This document shows positions 1 through 12,542 of a stretch of DNA of 64,000 bases, one piece after another. Origin of the DNA: an uncultured Gemmatimonadales bacterium (lineage in GTDB: Bacteria; Gemmatimonadota; Gemmatimonadetes; Gemmatimonadales; JACORV01). A model generated the notes under the pieces. It had not been told where the DNA came from, made no database searches, and saw only the letters and a program-made list of their open reading frames with translations. Location of the stretch: assembly GCA_963718005.1 (NCBI GenBank), contig CAVQXV010000003.1:63708-127707 (forward strand), read 5' to 3'. Both the position numbers and the translations under genes were made by a program. Each line of letters opens with the position of its first letter. The first letter of the stretch is position 1.

Positions 1-6
1 CCGACC

Positions 7-765
<759 letters not shown>

Positions 766-769
766 GCGC

Positions 770-1132
770 TCAGCCCGTGGAAGAGAGGAAGATGCGCCAC
801 GCCGCGACGATGACGGCGATGCACAACGCGGCCATGACCGCGAGACCGGCGCGGCCGGCCAGCTGGTGCGCGGGGAGCGTGGCGCCGGCGACCAGCGCGG
901 TGCCCATCACGGCCATCATCGCCAGGGCGGCCCGGCGGAACGTGTTGCCCACCGGCTTGGAGACGGCCCAGGCCACGATCGCGCCGGCGGCGACGCCACC
1001 CGCGCCGGCGAGCGACGGGCCGATCGCGGGCATGATGGGCGAGGAGGCCGCTGAAGGCGTGGCGAGCGCGTAGCCGCTCATCACGAACAGCACCAGCGAC
1101 ACCACCGCGCCGCCGGCCGCCGAGCCCACCAC
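770..1132 (-). CDS. small integral membrane protein, function unknown
   Basis: Hydrophobic Ala/Gly/Val-rich frame with high GC3 between the lpd stop (1171) and lipB. The start is uncertain (GTG 1132 or CTG 1174). The track shows it fused onto the 770..2335 ORF. Confidence 0.45.
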   Translation of the reverse strand: MVGSAAGGAVVSLVLFVMSGYALATPSAASSPIMPAIGPSLAGAGGVAAGAIVAWAVSKPVGNTFRRAALAMMAVMGTALVAGATLPAHQLAGRAGLAVMAALCIAVIVAAWRIFLSSTG

Positions 1133-1170
1133 GACGCCGCCCAGCGCGCTCGCGAGCGGCGACGGCTGGC

Positions 1171-3895
<2,725 letters not shown>

Positions 3896-3899
3896 GTGG

Positions 3900-4885
3900 T
3901 CAGCCCAGGTAGAGGACTTTCTTGGCGGCCGCCACGACTTTCGCGGCGTCCGGCTTGGCGAGCTTCTCGAGCTGGCGGTTGTACGGCATCGGCACGTCGG
4001 CGCCTGATGACCCGCAGCACCGGCGCGTCGAGGTCGTCGAACGCCTCGCGCTGGATCCCGTCCACCACCGCGGCGCCGATGCTGGCGAACGGCCAGCCCT
4101 CCTCGACCACCACGCAGCGGTTGGTCTTGCGGACCGACGCGATGATCGTGGGCAGGTCGAGCGGGCGCAGGGTGCGGGGATCGATCACCTCGGCGTCGAT
4201 CCCCTCCTTGGCCAGCTCCTCGGCCGCCTTCAGCGCCACCGCCACCATCTTGGCGTGCGCGACCAGCGTGACGTCCTTGCCCTCGCGCTTGACGTCGGCC
4301 ACGCCCAGCGGGACCAGGTGCTCCCCGTCGGGCACCTCGCCCTTCTGGTTGTAGAGCATCTCGCCCTCGATGAAGATCACCGGGTTGTTGTCGCGGATCG
4401 CGCTCTTGAGCAGGCCCTTGGCGTCGGCCGGCGTGGCGGGCGTGCACGACCTTGAGCCCGGGCACGTGCGCGTACCAGGCCTCGAACGACTGCGAGTGCT
4501 GGGCGCCGAGCATGCAGCGCGGCGCCGCCGGGCCCGCGGAAGACGATCGGGATCGGCACCTGCCCGCCCGACATGTAGAGCATCTTCGCGGCGGAGTTGA
4601 CGATCTGGTCGAGGGCGAGGAGCGCGAAGTTCCAGGTCATGAACTCGATCACGGGCCGGAGGCCGGCCATGGCGGCGCCCACGCCGACGCCCGCGAAGCC
4701 CAGCTCGGTGATGGGCGTGTCGACCACGCGCATCGGCCCGAACTCCTCCAGCAGGCCGCGGCTCACCTTGTACGCGCCCTGGTAGACGCCCACCTCCTCG
4801 CCCATCAGGAAGACGTGGTCGTCGCGCTGCCATCTCCTCCGTCAGCGCCTGGTTCAGCGCGTCGCGGTAGGTGACCGAGCGGCAT
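3900..4885 (-). CDS. pdhB: pyruvate dehydrogenase E1 beta subunit, frame broken about five times
   Basis: Pieces [33 protein letters not shown]...[50 protein letters not shown]...[20 protein letters not shown]...KKVLYLG-stop. Length is 986 nt (3n+2). Confidence 0.8.
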
Positions 4886-5901
4886 CAGCTGCTCCCGTCG
4901 CCTGGTACACGTCGCTGGTCAGCGCCTCGGGCGCCGGGTCGGGGCTCTCGTCGGCGAAGCGCACCGCGTCGTCCACCTCGTCGGCCACCTCGGCCTCCAT
5001 CGTCTGCCAGCGCTCGTCGTCCATCACGCCGTCGGCCTTGAGCTTGTCGGCGAAGGTGTGGATCGGGTCGCGCTTCTCCCTGGCCTGCTCGACCTCGTCC
5101 TTGGTGCGGTAGTGCCCGTGGATGGGGTCCGACATCGAGTGGCCCATGAAGCGGTAGGTGCGGATCTCGAGCAGCGTGGGCACGTACCGGTCGCGGGCGC
5201 GCTGGGCCGCGCGGGCCACCGCGTCGCGCACCTTCAGCACGTCCATCCCGTCCACGACCTCGGCCGGCATGTCGTAGGAGCAGGCCCGCTGCGCCACGTC
5301 GTAGATCGCCGACGCGCGCTCGAGGGCCGTGCCCATCCCGTAGCGGTTGTTCTCGCAGATGTAGATGACCGGCAGCTTCCACACCGCGGCCATGTTCAGG
5401 GCCTCGTGGAACGCGCCGTTGTTGACCGCGGCCTCGCCGAAGAAGCACACGCGACACCTGGTCGCCCTCGCGGTACTTGATGGCGAACGCGACGCCGGTC
5501 GCGAGGGGGATGTGGCCGCCGACGATGCCGTGCCCGCCGAGGAAGTTGGTGGCGGCGTCGAAGATGTGCATCGAGCCGCCCTTGCCGCCGGAGCTGCCGG
5601 TCGCCTTCCCGAACAGCTCGGCCATGACCGCCCGCGCGGAGACGCCCCGGGCCAGGGCCTGCCCGTGCTCGCGGTAGCTGGTCATGATGGTGTCGTCGGG
5701 ACGGAGCGCGGCCATCGTGCCGACCGCGACCGCCTCCTGCCCGATGTACAGGTGGCAGAACCCGCCGATCTTGCCGTGGGCGTACGCCTCCGCGGCCTTC
5801 TCCTCGAAGCGGCGGATCAGGAGCATGTCGCGCAGCATCCGGCGCAGCGCGTCGGCTTCGGCGGCCGGCAGTTGTTCCGGGGTGGTCACCGCGTCGGTCA
5901 T
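4854..5901 (-). CDS. pdhA: pyruvate dehydrogenase E1 alpha subunit, one frame break near 5452
   Basis: [30 protein letters not shown]...GGSMHIFD...GGHGIVGG, then [34 protein letters not shown]...[14 protein letters not shown] at 5901 lies 13 nt after the lipA stop. Length is 3n+1. Confidence 0.8.
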
Positions 5902-5914
5902 CGTCGGCCCCGTG

Positions 5915-6851
5915 CTAGACGCCGGCGGTGGCGTGCTGGGCTTGCTCCCAGGCATGGTAGGACGAGCGGACCAGCGGCCCGGATTCCACGTGCCGGTATC
6001 CCATCTCCCGGCCCAGGCGCGCCAGCTCCGCGAATTCCTCCGGTGTGTAGTAGCGCGCGACCGGCAGGTGCGACGCCGACGGGCGCAGGTATTGGCCGAT
6101 GGTCAGCAGGTCCACGCCCACGCCGCGCAGGTCGCGCATGCGCGAGCACCAGCTCGTCCCACTCCTCGCCCAGGCCCACCATCACGCCGGACTTGGTCAC
6201 GGCGGAGGGGTCCATCGCCTTGGCTCGCGCCAGCAGCTCCAATGCGCGGTCGTAGCGCCCGCCGGGCCGCGCGAGCCGGTAGAGCCGGCGCACGGTCTCG
6301 AGGTTGTGGTTCAGGATGTCGGGCTTCGCCTCGACCACGATGCGCAGCGCCTGCTCGTTGCCCTTGAAATCGGGGATCAGCAGCTCGATCGAGGCGTCGG
6401 GGAGCCGGAGCCGCGTCTCGGCCACCACGGCGGCGAACTGCTCGGCGCCCCCGTTGGGCAGGTCGTCGCGGTCCACCGACGTCACGACCAGGTACTGGAG
6501 GCCCATGGCGGCGGAGGCCTCGGCGAGCCGGCGCGGCTCCTCGAGATCGGGCGGCAGCGGCGTGCCGTGCGCGACCGCGCAGTACGCGCAGTTCCGGGTG
6601 CACAGGTCGCCCAGGATCATGAACGTGGCCGCGCGGTGCTCCCAGCACTCGCCCACGTTGGGGCAGTGCGCTTCCTCGCACACCGTGTGCAGCCGGAGGT
6701 CGCGCATCACGCGCCGCACCTGCGCGTAGTTCGAGCCGCCGGGCGCCTTCACCTTGAGCCAGGAAGGCTTCCGGGCGGCCGGGCCGTCGGCCGCAAGCTG
6801 TGCGCCCTGTCGCGGAGTGATCTGGACGAGCGGGAGAGTCGGGCTTGTCAT
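5915..6851 (-). CDS. lipA: lipoyl synthase, one frame break near 6140
   Basis: PSWLKVKAP...[17 protein letters not shown]...[18 protein letters not shown] radical-SAM and auxiliary cluster motifs. The C-terminus [21 protein letters not shown]...SSYHA is in the second frame. Length is 3n+1. Confidence 0.85.
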
Positions 6852-6898
6852 TGGGACACGGGAAGATAGCGGCGCCCCACAGGGCGGGCCAGTGAGCG

Positions 6899-7894
6899 TC
6901 AACTGTCCGGTTGACGGCGCTCCTTGAGGTGCTTGAGCTCGTCCTCGATGGACGGCGACACGAGGAGATTGTCGGCGATCTCCGCGATCTCCTCGGCGCG
7001 GCGCCATTCGCGCTCCAGGTCGCGCACCTCCGCCTGCTCGTCCACCGCCATCTCCAGCGCGAGACCCTGGGTGCCCTTGAAGCTCGCGACCCTGACTTCA
7101 TCGCGGGCCGCCCGGGCGATCAGCTCCTGGGGGCCGCCCGCGCGCTCGACCGCGGATGCCGCTTCCTCGGCTTTGCGCTTGACCCGGCGGCCCTTCTTCA
7201 GGTTCACGTAGGTCAGGCCGGAGCGCAGAGCCCGCTCGGCGTCGGCGCCCTCGAGCAGCGCGCCGGGGTGCTCGCACTTGGGGCAGCGCAGCAACAGCGC
7301 GAGGTCCTGGTGGACCGTCCGCGTAAGTCGCGCGTCTTCCACGTGCCGCGCGCGCAGCACCATGATCGAGCCGCAGTGACCGCAGACGGGCGGCTCGACG
7401 TTCACCTTGCGATTGCCGACGAGACTGGTGTAGAGCGCGTCGCCGATGCGGGGATACTGCATCATGACCCATCCCATGCCGCCGCCGAACGCGACATTGG
7501 TGGCGATGGTGATGCCGACGAAGGCGGCGGTGACGGGCAGCACGACCTTGAGGCGCTCGCGCTCGCGTGCCTTGAGCCGCTCGCCGTAGCGCCATCCGGC
7601 CAGCTCGATGCGCGGCGGCTTGCCCACGCGCACCACGTCGTACGAACCGAGGCGGATCAGGGCGACTTGGTCGGTGGTGGCCGCGACCCGGCCGGTCGCG
7701 GCCATGCGCTCGAGGGCGGCGACCGTATCGAGCCGCGTGTCCACGGGCGTGAGGTTCCAGCGGCCGCAGCGCTGGCAGATCACCCACGCGCGGCTCTTCC
7801 ACAGGTCGTACGCGAACCGCCGGCCCACCGCCATCCCGGAGGCGCCGCCGTCGCCGCCCAGCGCGCCGGAGCAGAAAGCGCAGGTCTGGTACAT
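6899..7894 (-). CDS. hypothetical membrane protein with two zinc-ribbon-like CxxC pairs and an acidic coiled-coil tail
   Basis: Intact 331-aa ORF. CAFC...CQRC near the N-terminus, a hydrophobic stretch VVLPVTAAFVGITIATNVAFGGGMGWVMM, CGHC...CPKC, and a charged helical C-terminus. No family recognised. Confidence 0.5.
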   Translation of the reverse strand: MYQTCAFCSGALGGDGGASGMAVGRRFAYDLWKSRAWVICQRCGRWNLTPVDTRLDTVAALERMAATGRVAATTDQVALIRLGSYDVVRVGKPPRIELAGWRYGERLKARERERLKVVLPVTAAFVGITIATNVAFGGGMGWVMMQYPRIGDALYTSLVGNRKVNVEPPVCGHCGSIMVLRARHVEDARLTRTVHQDLALLLRCPKCEHPGALLEGADAERALRSGLTYVNLKKGRRVKRKAEEAASAVERAGGPQELIARAARDEVRVASFKGTQGLALEMAVDEQAEVRDLEREWRRAEEIAEIADNLLVSPSIEDELKHLKERRQPDS

Positions 7895-7904
7895 CGGGGC
7901 TACC

Positions 7905-9020
7905 CTACGGGCGCGGGTCGAATCTGGTGACGGCGCACGAGCTGATGTCCCATGGCGTGGCGCCGTCGAGGACGAGGTCGCGGACGATCTCGCCCGTCAG
8001 GGGGCCGAGCAGAATGCCCTTGCGTCCATGGCCGGTGGCGTACCACAGGCCCCGGACGTCCGGGTCGGGGCCGATGAGCGGCCGCCCGTCGGGCGTGATG
8101 GGGCGGAGTCCGGCCCAGCTGCGGTGAATCCGCTGGGCCGCGATGGAAGGCAGCAGCGCGGCGGTGCCCGTGAAGATCTGCGCGAGGCCGCCGGGGGTGG
8201 TGTCCTTGGCGAAGCCCGCCTGCTCCATCGTGGAGCCCAGGATCGCGTCGCCGCCGCGCGGCACGATGTAGACGTGCCGGCCGAACAGGACGCCGCCGGG
8301 CTCGCCGGCCGGCCAGGTGGCGATCGCCATCTGGCCGCGCACCGGCTCGATCGGGAGCGCGCGCGGCAGTCCGCGGATGGCGGGCGACCATGCGCCCGCG
8401 GCGACGACGGCGGCCCCGGTGCTGTAGCGGCGCTGGGCGGTCGCCACGGCCGCCACGCGCCCCGCGTGGATCACGACCTCGGTCGCCGCCTCGTGGTCCA
8501 CGACCTCCGCGCCGTGGCGCACCGCGTCGGCCAGCAGCGCGGCCGTCAGCGCGACGTTGTTGACGCGCGCGTCGTCGGGCGCGAGCAGCGCGCCGCGCGC
8601 CTCCGGTCCCACGCCCGGATGCCGTCGCACCAGCGCGGCGCGGTCGAGCCATTCGGCGTGGAGGCCGAGGGCGCGTTGCGCGGCCACCTGGGCGGTGAGC
8701 GAGCCCACCTCGGCGTCGTCGAGGGCGACCTGGACGCTGCCGCCGCCGTGATACCCGACGTCCACGCCGGTGCGGCGGTCGAGCTCCGGCACCAGCTCGG
8801 CGTAACGCCCCCGTGCGGCGATGGCGAGCGGCAGGATCGGGTCGTCGGCCAGGACCTCGATCTGCGGGGCGAGCATGCCGGCCGCCGCGCCGGAGGCCTC
8901 GCCGCCGGGCATCGCGCGGTCGAGGAGGAGGATGCGGATTCCGCGCGCCGCGAGGGCTCGCGCGGCCGCGGCGCCCACGATGCCGCCGCCGATCACCACG
9001 CAGTCGTAGGCGGCGCTCAT
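7905..9020 (-). CDS. FAD-dependent oxidoreductase, glycine oxidase ThiO-like
   Basis: Intact 371-aa ORF. DCVVIGGGIVGAAAA dinucleotide fold followed by EASGAAAGMLAPQIE, as in ThiO/DAO family enzymes. Confidence 0.6.
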   Translation of the reverse strand: MSAAYDCVVIGGGIVGAAAARALAARGIRILLLDRAMPGGEASGAAAGMLAPQIEVLADDPILPLAIAARGRYAELVPELDRRTGVDVGYHGGGSVQVALDDAEVGSLTAQVAAQRALGLHAEWLDRAALVRRHPGVGPEARGALLAPDDARVNNVALTAALLADAVRHGAEVVDHEAATEVVIHAGRVAAVATAQRRYSTGAAVVAAGAWSPAIRGLPRALPIEPVRGQMAIATWPAGEPGGVLFGRHVYIVPRGGDAILGSTMEQAGFAKDTTPGGLAQIFTGTAALLPSIAAQRIHRSWAGLRPITPDGRPLIGPDPDVRGLWYATGHGRKGILLGPLTGEIVRDLVLDGATPWDISSCAVTRFDPRP

Positions 9021-9094
9021 CGGGTTCTGCTTGCGCGAAACTCCCTGCCCGGTAGCTTCGTAGGGCAGGTCAGGACGTGGACTGGAGGGGTCCG

Positions 9095-9322
9095 ATGTTG
9101 CGCAAAGTGCTGGGTTTCGCGGTTCTGGCGGTGGTGGCGTTCATCGTGCTCAAGCTGGCCTTGGGCCTGCTCAAGATCGTCATGGGCCTGGCCTGGACGG
9201 TGCTGATGCTGGCGCTGGTGGGCCTCGTGATCTACTGGGTCATCAAGCTCATCTCGCCGGGCACGGCGCGGCACGTCAAGGACATGATCTCGGGCGAGCG
9301 GTCGTCCAGCGGCGACCTCTAG
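9095..9322 (+). CDS. small membrane protein (two TM helices)
   Basis: MLRKVLGFAVLAVVAFIVLKLALGLL...LVGLVIYWVIKLI. ATG 9095 lies 4 nt after GGAGGGG. The track ORF starts at GTG 9077. Confidence 0.45.
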   Translation: MLRKVLGFAVLAVVAFIVLKLALGLLKIVMGLAWTVLMLALVGLVIYWVIKLISPGTARHVKDMISGERSSSGDL

Positions 9323-9393
9323 ACGTCGCGGTTGCCTCGCGGCTCCACTCGGGCGCCCCGGACCTCCGGGGCGCTCGTGCGTTCGGGCCGGGC

Positions 9394-9843
9394 TCACGGC
9401 CACGGCGCCACCGCGCTCGAATGCACGTGCCGGATGCGCCAGCCCGCGCTCCGCCGCTCGAGGATCATCGTGGCCCGGCCGCGCTCCACGTCGTCTCCGC
9501 CGTTTCCCGTCCAGCGGTACACCGCCACGACCCACGCGAAGTCGCCGGCCAGCTGCGTGCGCAGGTCCTCCACCGCCGACTCGCCGCGTCCCAGCACCCC
9601 GGCGAGCCGCGGGCGCCGGGTGACGGGGATGCCGCCCATGATGAAGTCGGCGCCCGGCGTGAGCAGCGTGTCGGCGGATTCGTCGCCGCGCGCTTCCGCG
9701 GCGATGAAGCCGGTCGCGACGTCGCGGACCCGGGCCGTCTCGCGCAGCGGATCGTAGGTGAGGGTCCCGCCCGGCGCGGCGCGCCCCGCGCACGCGGCCA
9801 GGGTGAGGGCGAAAGCGCTGCTAGCGGCGCGCCAGGGCCGCAT
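9394..9843 (-). CDS. lipoprotein, SnoaL/DUF4440 (NTF2-like) fold
   Basis: Signal peptide with LAAC lipobox. The C-terminal ...GRATMILERRSAGWRIRHVHSS is typical of DUF4440 proteins. Confidence 0.55.
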   Translation of the reverse strand: MRPWRAASSAFALTLAACAGRAAPGGTLTYDPLRETARVRDVATGFIAAEARGDESADTLLTPGADFIMGGIPVTRRPRLAGVLGRGESAVEDLRTQLAGDFAWVVAVYRWTGNGGDDVERGRATMILERRSAGWRIRHVHSSAVAPWP

Positions 9844-10789
9844 CCACGCCCCAGACGATGAGCGGCATCAGCAGCTCGTGGTGGCCCGTCAGCAGGTAGC
9901 CCTTGCCGCCGGCCTGGGTCGGCCGCTGCACGACGTTGAGGCGGGGGCGGTACTGGCGGATCATGTCGCAGTCCACGGCGCTGAAGCCGGTGGGTTTGCC
10001 GCCGCCGAGGTTGCGCGCCACGGTCAGCGCCTTGAGGAACACCTCCGGCATGATGACCGCGCTGCCGAAGTTCAGGACGACGCCCCCGTCGTGCAGCGCG
10101 GGGATGGCGGCGGCGAGCCGGCGGAAGTCGCGGAAGGTCAGCTCCCCGGTGGCGCCTCCGTCCGCGCCGGGATGCTGGTGGATGATGTCGGCGCCGATGG
10201 CGACGTGCACCGTCGCGGGCACGCCGCGCCGCAGCGCCGCCATCAGCACGCATTGCGCGCGGCCGGGCACGGTGCGGCGGCGCTCCAGCCAGCGGCCGAG
10301 CGACTCGCCGAGGCCCAGAGCCTCCTCGCGGCCGGCGGCGATCGCCGCGTTCATCTCGGCGCCCGTCTCCTCGGCCATGCCGAAGGTGCCGTCGCCGAGG
10401 CCGGACGCCACGTCCTCGCTGGTGCCGCCGAAGGCCGCGAGCTCGAAGTCGTGAATGGCGGCGGCGCCGTTCATCGCGACGTGGGTGATCACGCCCTTGT
10501 CGAGCAGGTGCACGAGCAGCGGCCCGAGCCCCACCTTGATCACGTGCCCGCCGATCATGGCGATCACGGCGCGGCGGCCCGCGGCGGCCGCCACGTCGCC
10601 GATGACGGCGCGCAGGTCCTTGGCGGCGAGGATGTCGGGGAGCGACTCGAGGAAGGCGTCGAAGCTGCGCTCTCCGCGCGGGGGCGCCTTGGCGAGCAGG
10701 GTCGGGTCCACCTTGTTCGCCCGTCGCGCGATCGGCACGGTCCTGATGCGCGAGAGATCCGCCTCCGGCACGCGCTGCCCGTCCTTCAT
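9821..10789 (-). CDS. deoxyhypusine synthase-like family protein
   Basis: Intact 322-aa ORF. GGHVIKVGLGPLL, HVAMNGAAAIHDFE and NFGSAVIMPEVF stretches resemble bacterial DHS-like proteins. Assigned from memory of the family, not searched. Confidence 0.5.
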   Translation of the reverse strand: MKDGQRVPEADLSRIRTVPIARRANKVDPTLLAKAPPRGERSFDAFLESLPDILAAKDLRAVIGDVAAAAGRRAVIAMIGGHVIKVGLGPLLVHLLDKGVITHVAMNGAAAIHDFELAAFGGTSEDVASGLGDGTFGMAEETGAEMNAAIAAGREEALGLGESLGRWLERRRTVPGRAQCVLMAALRRGVPATVHVAIGADIIHQHPGADGGATGELTFRDFRRLAAAIPALHDGGVVLNFGSAVIMPEVFLKALTVARNLGGGKPTGFSAVDCDMIRQYRPRLNVVQRPTQAGGKGYLLTGHHELLMPLIVWGVDAALARR

Positions 10790-10793
10790 CGGG

Positions 10794-11555
10794 CTACCTC
10801 CGGCTCTGCAGCGACATGGTGAGCGAGCCGATCGCCATGGTGCTCCTGATCACCAGCGGAATCCGCGTGGAGTCGGCCGCGAGGTACACCACGGCCCGGC
10901 CGCCCTCGGCGAACAGGCCGCGGCTCTTGAACACCGGCCGGATGGCGATGGCGGCGAATCGCCCGGCGGGCGTGCTGATCGAGTCCTCCGACAGCACGGT
11001 GAGCTTCACCGGATTCCGGTCCGGCTTGAAATAGCGGGCGAAGCTGTAGGTGTGTCCGACCTCGAGCGGAATGGTGCGCGCGAAGTAGAAGAACGACGCG
11101 TCGTCGAGCGGCTGCGCCGTGGTGGGCAGGCTGTCCTTGCCGTCCTGGAGATAGTAGCCGGAGTCGGCGTGGATCTCGTAGCGGTGGAAGTAGCGGGTGC
11201 CGTTCTCGTTGTTGTTCTGGACGAAGCGCAGGGACGTGAGGTCGGCGACGCTGAACCAGGACTCGAGCGTGTCGGTCATCGAGTAGAAGAACGCCGCCTT
11301 GCCCCGGATCACGAACAGGACGTGGTAGGCCGGCGTGCCGCGCACCGTATCCACGCCGGCGACCTCCATGGTCGCGCGGCCCACCCGGAAGATCCCGAAC
11401 TTCACCTCGTACTCGAGCCGCTCGCCCGGCACGAACGGGACGTGCGCCGCCTGGACGGTGTCCTGGAGGGGCTCGCCGGTGGCGCGTCCGGTCGCCGGCG
11501 CCCAGGCGGCGGCGATCACGACCGACAGGCCCGCGAGCGCGGCGAGGCGCGTCAC
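10794..11555 (-). CDS. DUF3108 domain protein (secreted)
   Basis: The GTG start overlaps the upstream TGA (GTGA at 11552-11555). Signal-like LAALAGLSVVIAAAWA, then ERLEYEVKFGIFRVGRATMEV...VYLAADSTRIPLVI, typical of DUF3108. Confidence 0.6.
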   Translation of the reverse strand: MTRLAALAGLSVVIAAAWAPATGRATGEPLQDTVQAAHVPFVPGERLEYEVKFGIFRVGRATMEVAGVDTVRGTPAYHVLFVIRGKAAFFYSMTDTLESWFSVADLTSLRFVQNNNENGTRYFHRYEIHADSGYYLQDGKDSLPTTAQPLDDASFFYFARTIPLEVGHTYSFARYFKPDRNPVKLTVLSEDSISTPAGRFAAIAIRPVFKSRGLFAEGGRAVVYLAADSTRIPLVIRSTMAIGSLTMSLQSRR

Positions 11556-12445
11556 GGCGACGACGCCGTCCGGGTCTGGGGCGCCGGCGGTCCGGCGCGG
11601 CGGCCGCCGCGGCGGTGGCGGCGCCGGCCGGGGGCGGGCGCCTCGGCCGGCGCCGGGGCCTCGGCCGGAGCTTGGGCCGTGGCCGGAGCGGGTCGCGCGG
11701 GTCCCCGGGCGGCGGGCGAACGATGGCGCCACGCCATGACCCACACCCGCCACGCCGCGCGCAGCGGCCGCGCCCGCGACGGCCGCTGCCGCGCCGCCGC
11801 CGGCGCGAGGAACGGGACCACGTCCGCGCGGCGGGCGTGCCGGGCCAGCTCCAGCAGCAGCTCCGCGTCGGCGGCCCACCCGTCCGTCCTGAGCAGGCCG
11901 CGCCCGCCGCGCTCCGAGAGCATGCGCGCGAGCGTCACGATCCGGATCGCCTTGAGCGAGCACACCCAGTCGAGCGGACGGTCCAGCACGGCGCCGCGGT
12001 GGCGCCGCAGCAGCGCCGGGAGCAGGCGGCGGACCATCGCCTCGCCGCGCGACATGCCCGCGCGGCTCCGATAGTCGGCCAGCGCCAGGTCGGCGCCGCT
12101 CTCGATGCGCTTGACCAGCTCGGGGATGTCGTCGGGCGAGTCGGAAAAGTCGGCCTGGAGCAGGACGGCGAGGTCGCGCCGCGGCCGGTCGGTGCGCGAG
12201 ACCGCGAGCCGCAGCAGCTCCTCGACGCTCTTCGCGTACCCCAGCCGCTCCCGGTGCGTGATCAGGGTGAGGGGCAGGGCGCGCGCGTACGGCGCCAGCA
12301 CCTCGTCGGTGCCGTCGGTCGAGCCGTCGTTGACCACCAGCAGCTGGTACTCGCGTCCGAAGGCGCTGAAGACCTGACGCACCTTCCACAGCACGAGCCC
12401 GACCGTGGCCGCCTCGTTGTAAGCCGGGACCAGGACGTAGATCAT
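11552..12445 (-). CDS. family 2 glycosyltransferase (Dpm1-like) with Ala/Pro/Arg-rich tail
   Basis: MIYVLVPAYNEAATVG...LLVVNDGSTDGT...LQADFSDSP motifs of the GT2 fold. Confidence 0.7.
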   Translation of the reverse strand: MIYVLVPAYNEAATVGLVLWKVRQVFSAFGREYQLLVVNDGSTDGTDEVLAPYARALPLTLITHRERLGYAKSVEELLRLAVSRTDRPRRDLAVLLQADFSDSPDDIPELVKRIESGADLALADYRSRAGMSRGEAMVRRLLPALLRRHRGAVLDRPLDWVCSLKAIRIVTLARMLSERGGRGLLRTDGWAADAELLLELARHARRADVVPFLAPAAARQRPSRARPLRAAWRVWVMAWRHRSPAARGPARPAPATAQAPAEAPAPAEAPAPGRRRHRRGGRRAGPPAPQTRTASSP

Positions 12446-12483
12446 GCTCTAAGTATGCAGGAGGGAGAGAGCGGTTAACAGGG

Positions 12484-12525
12484 CAGTTGCGAGACGGCGA
12501 GTTGCGAGTCGGCGTCTCGCAACTG
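12484..12525. repeat. GTTGCGAG-word hairpin element downstream of the kinase stop
   Basis: CAGTTGCGAGACG (12484-12496) pairs with CGTCTCGCAACTG (12513-12525). The loop holds a second GAGTTGCGAG copy that can pair alternatively. Confidence 0.7.
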
Positions 12526-12542
12526 TTCCGACCACCGCCCGC

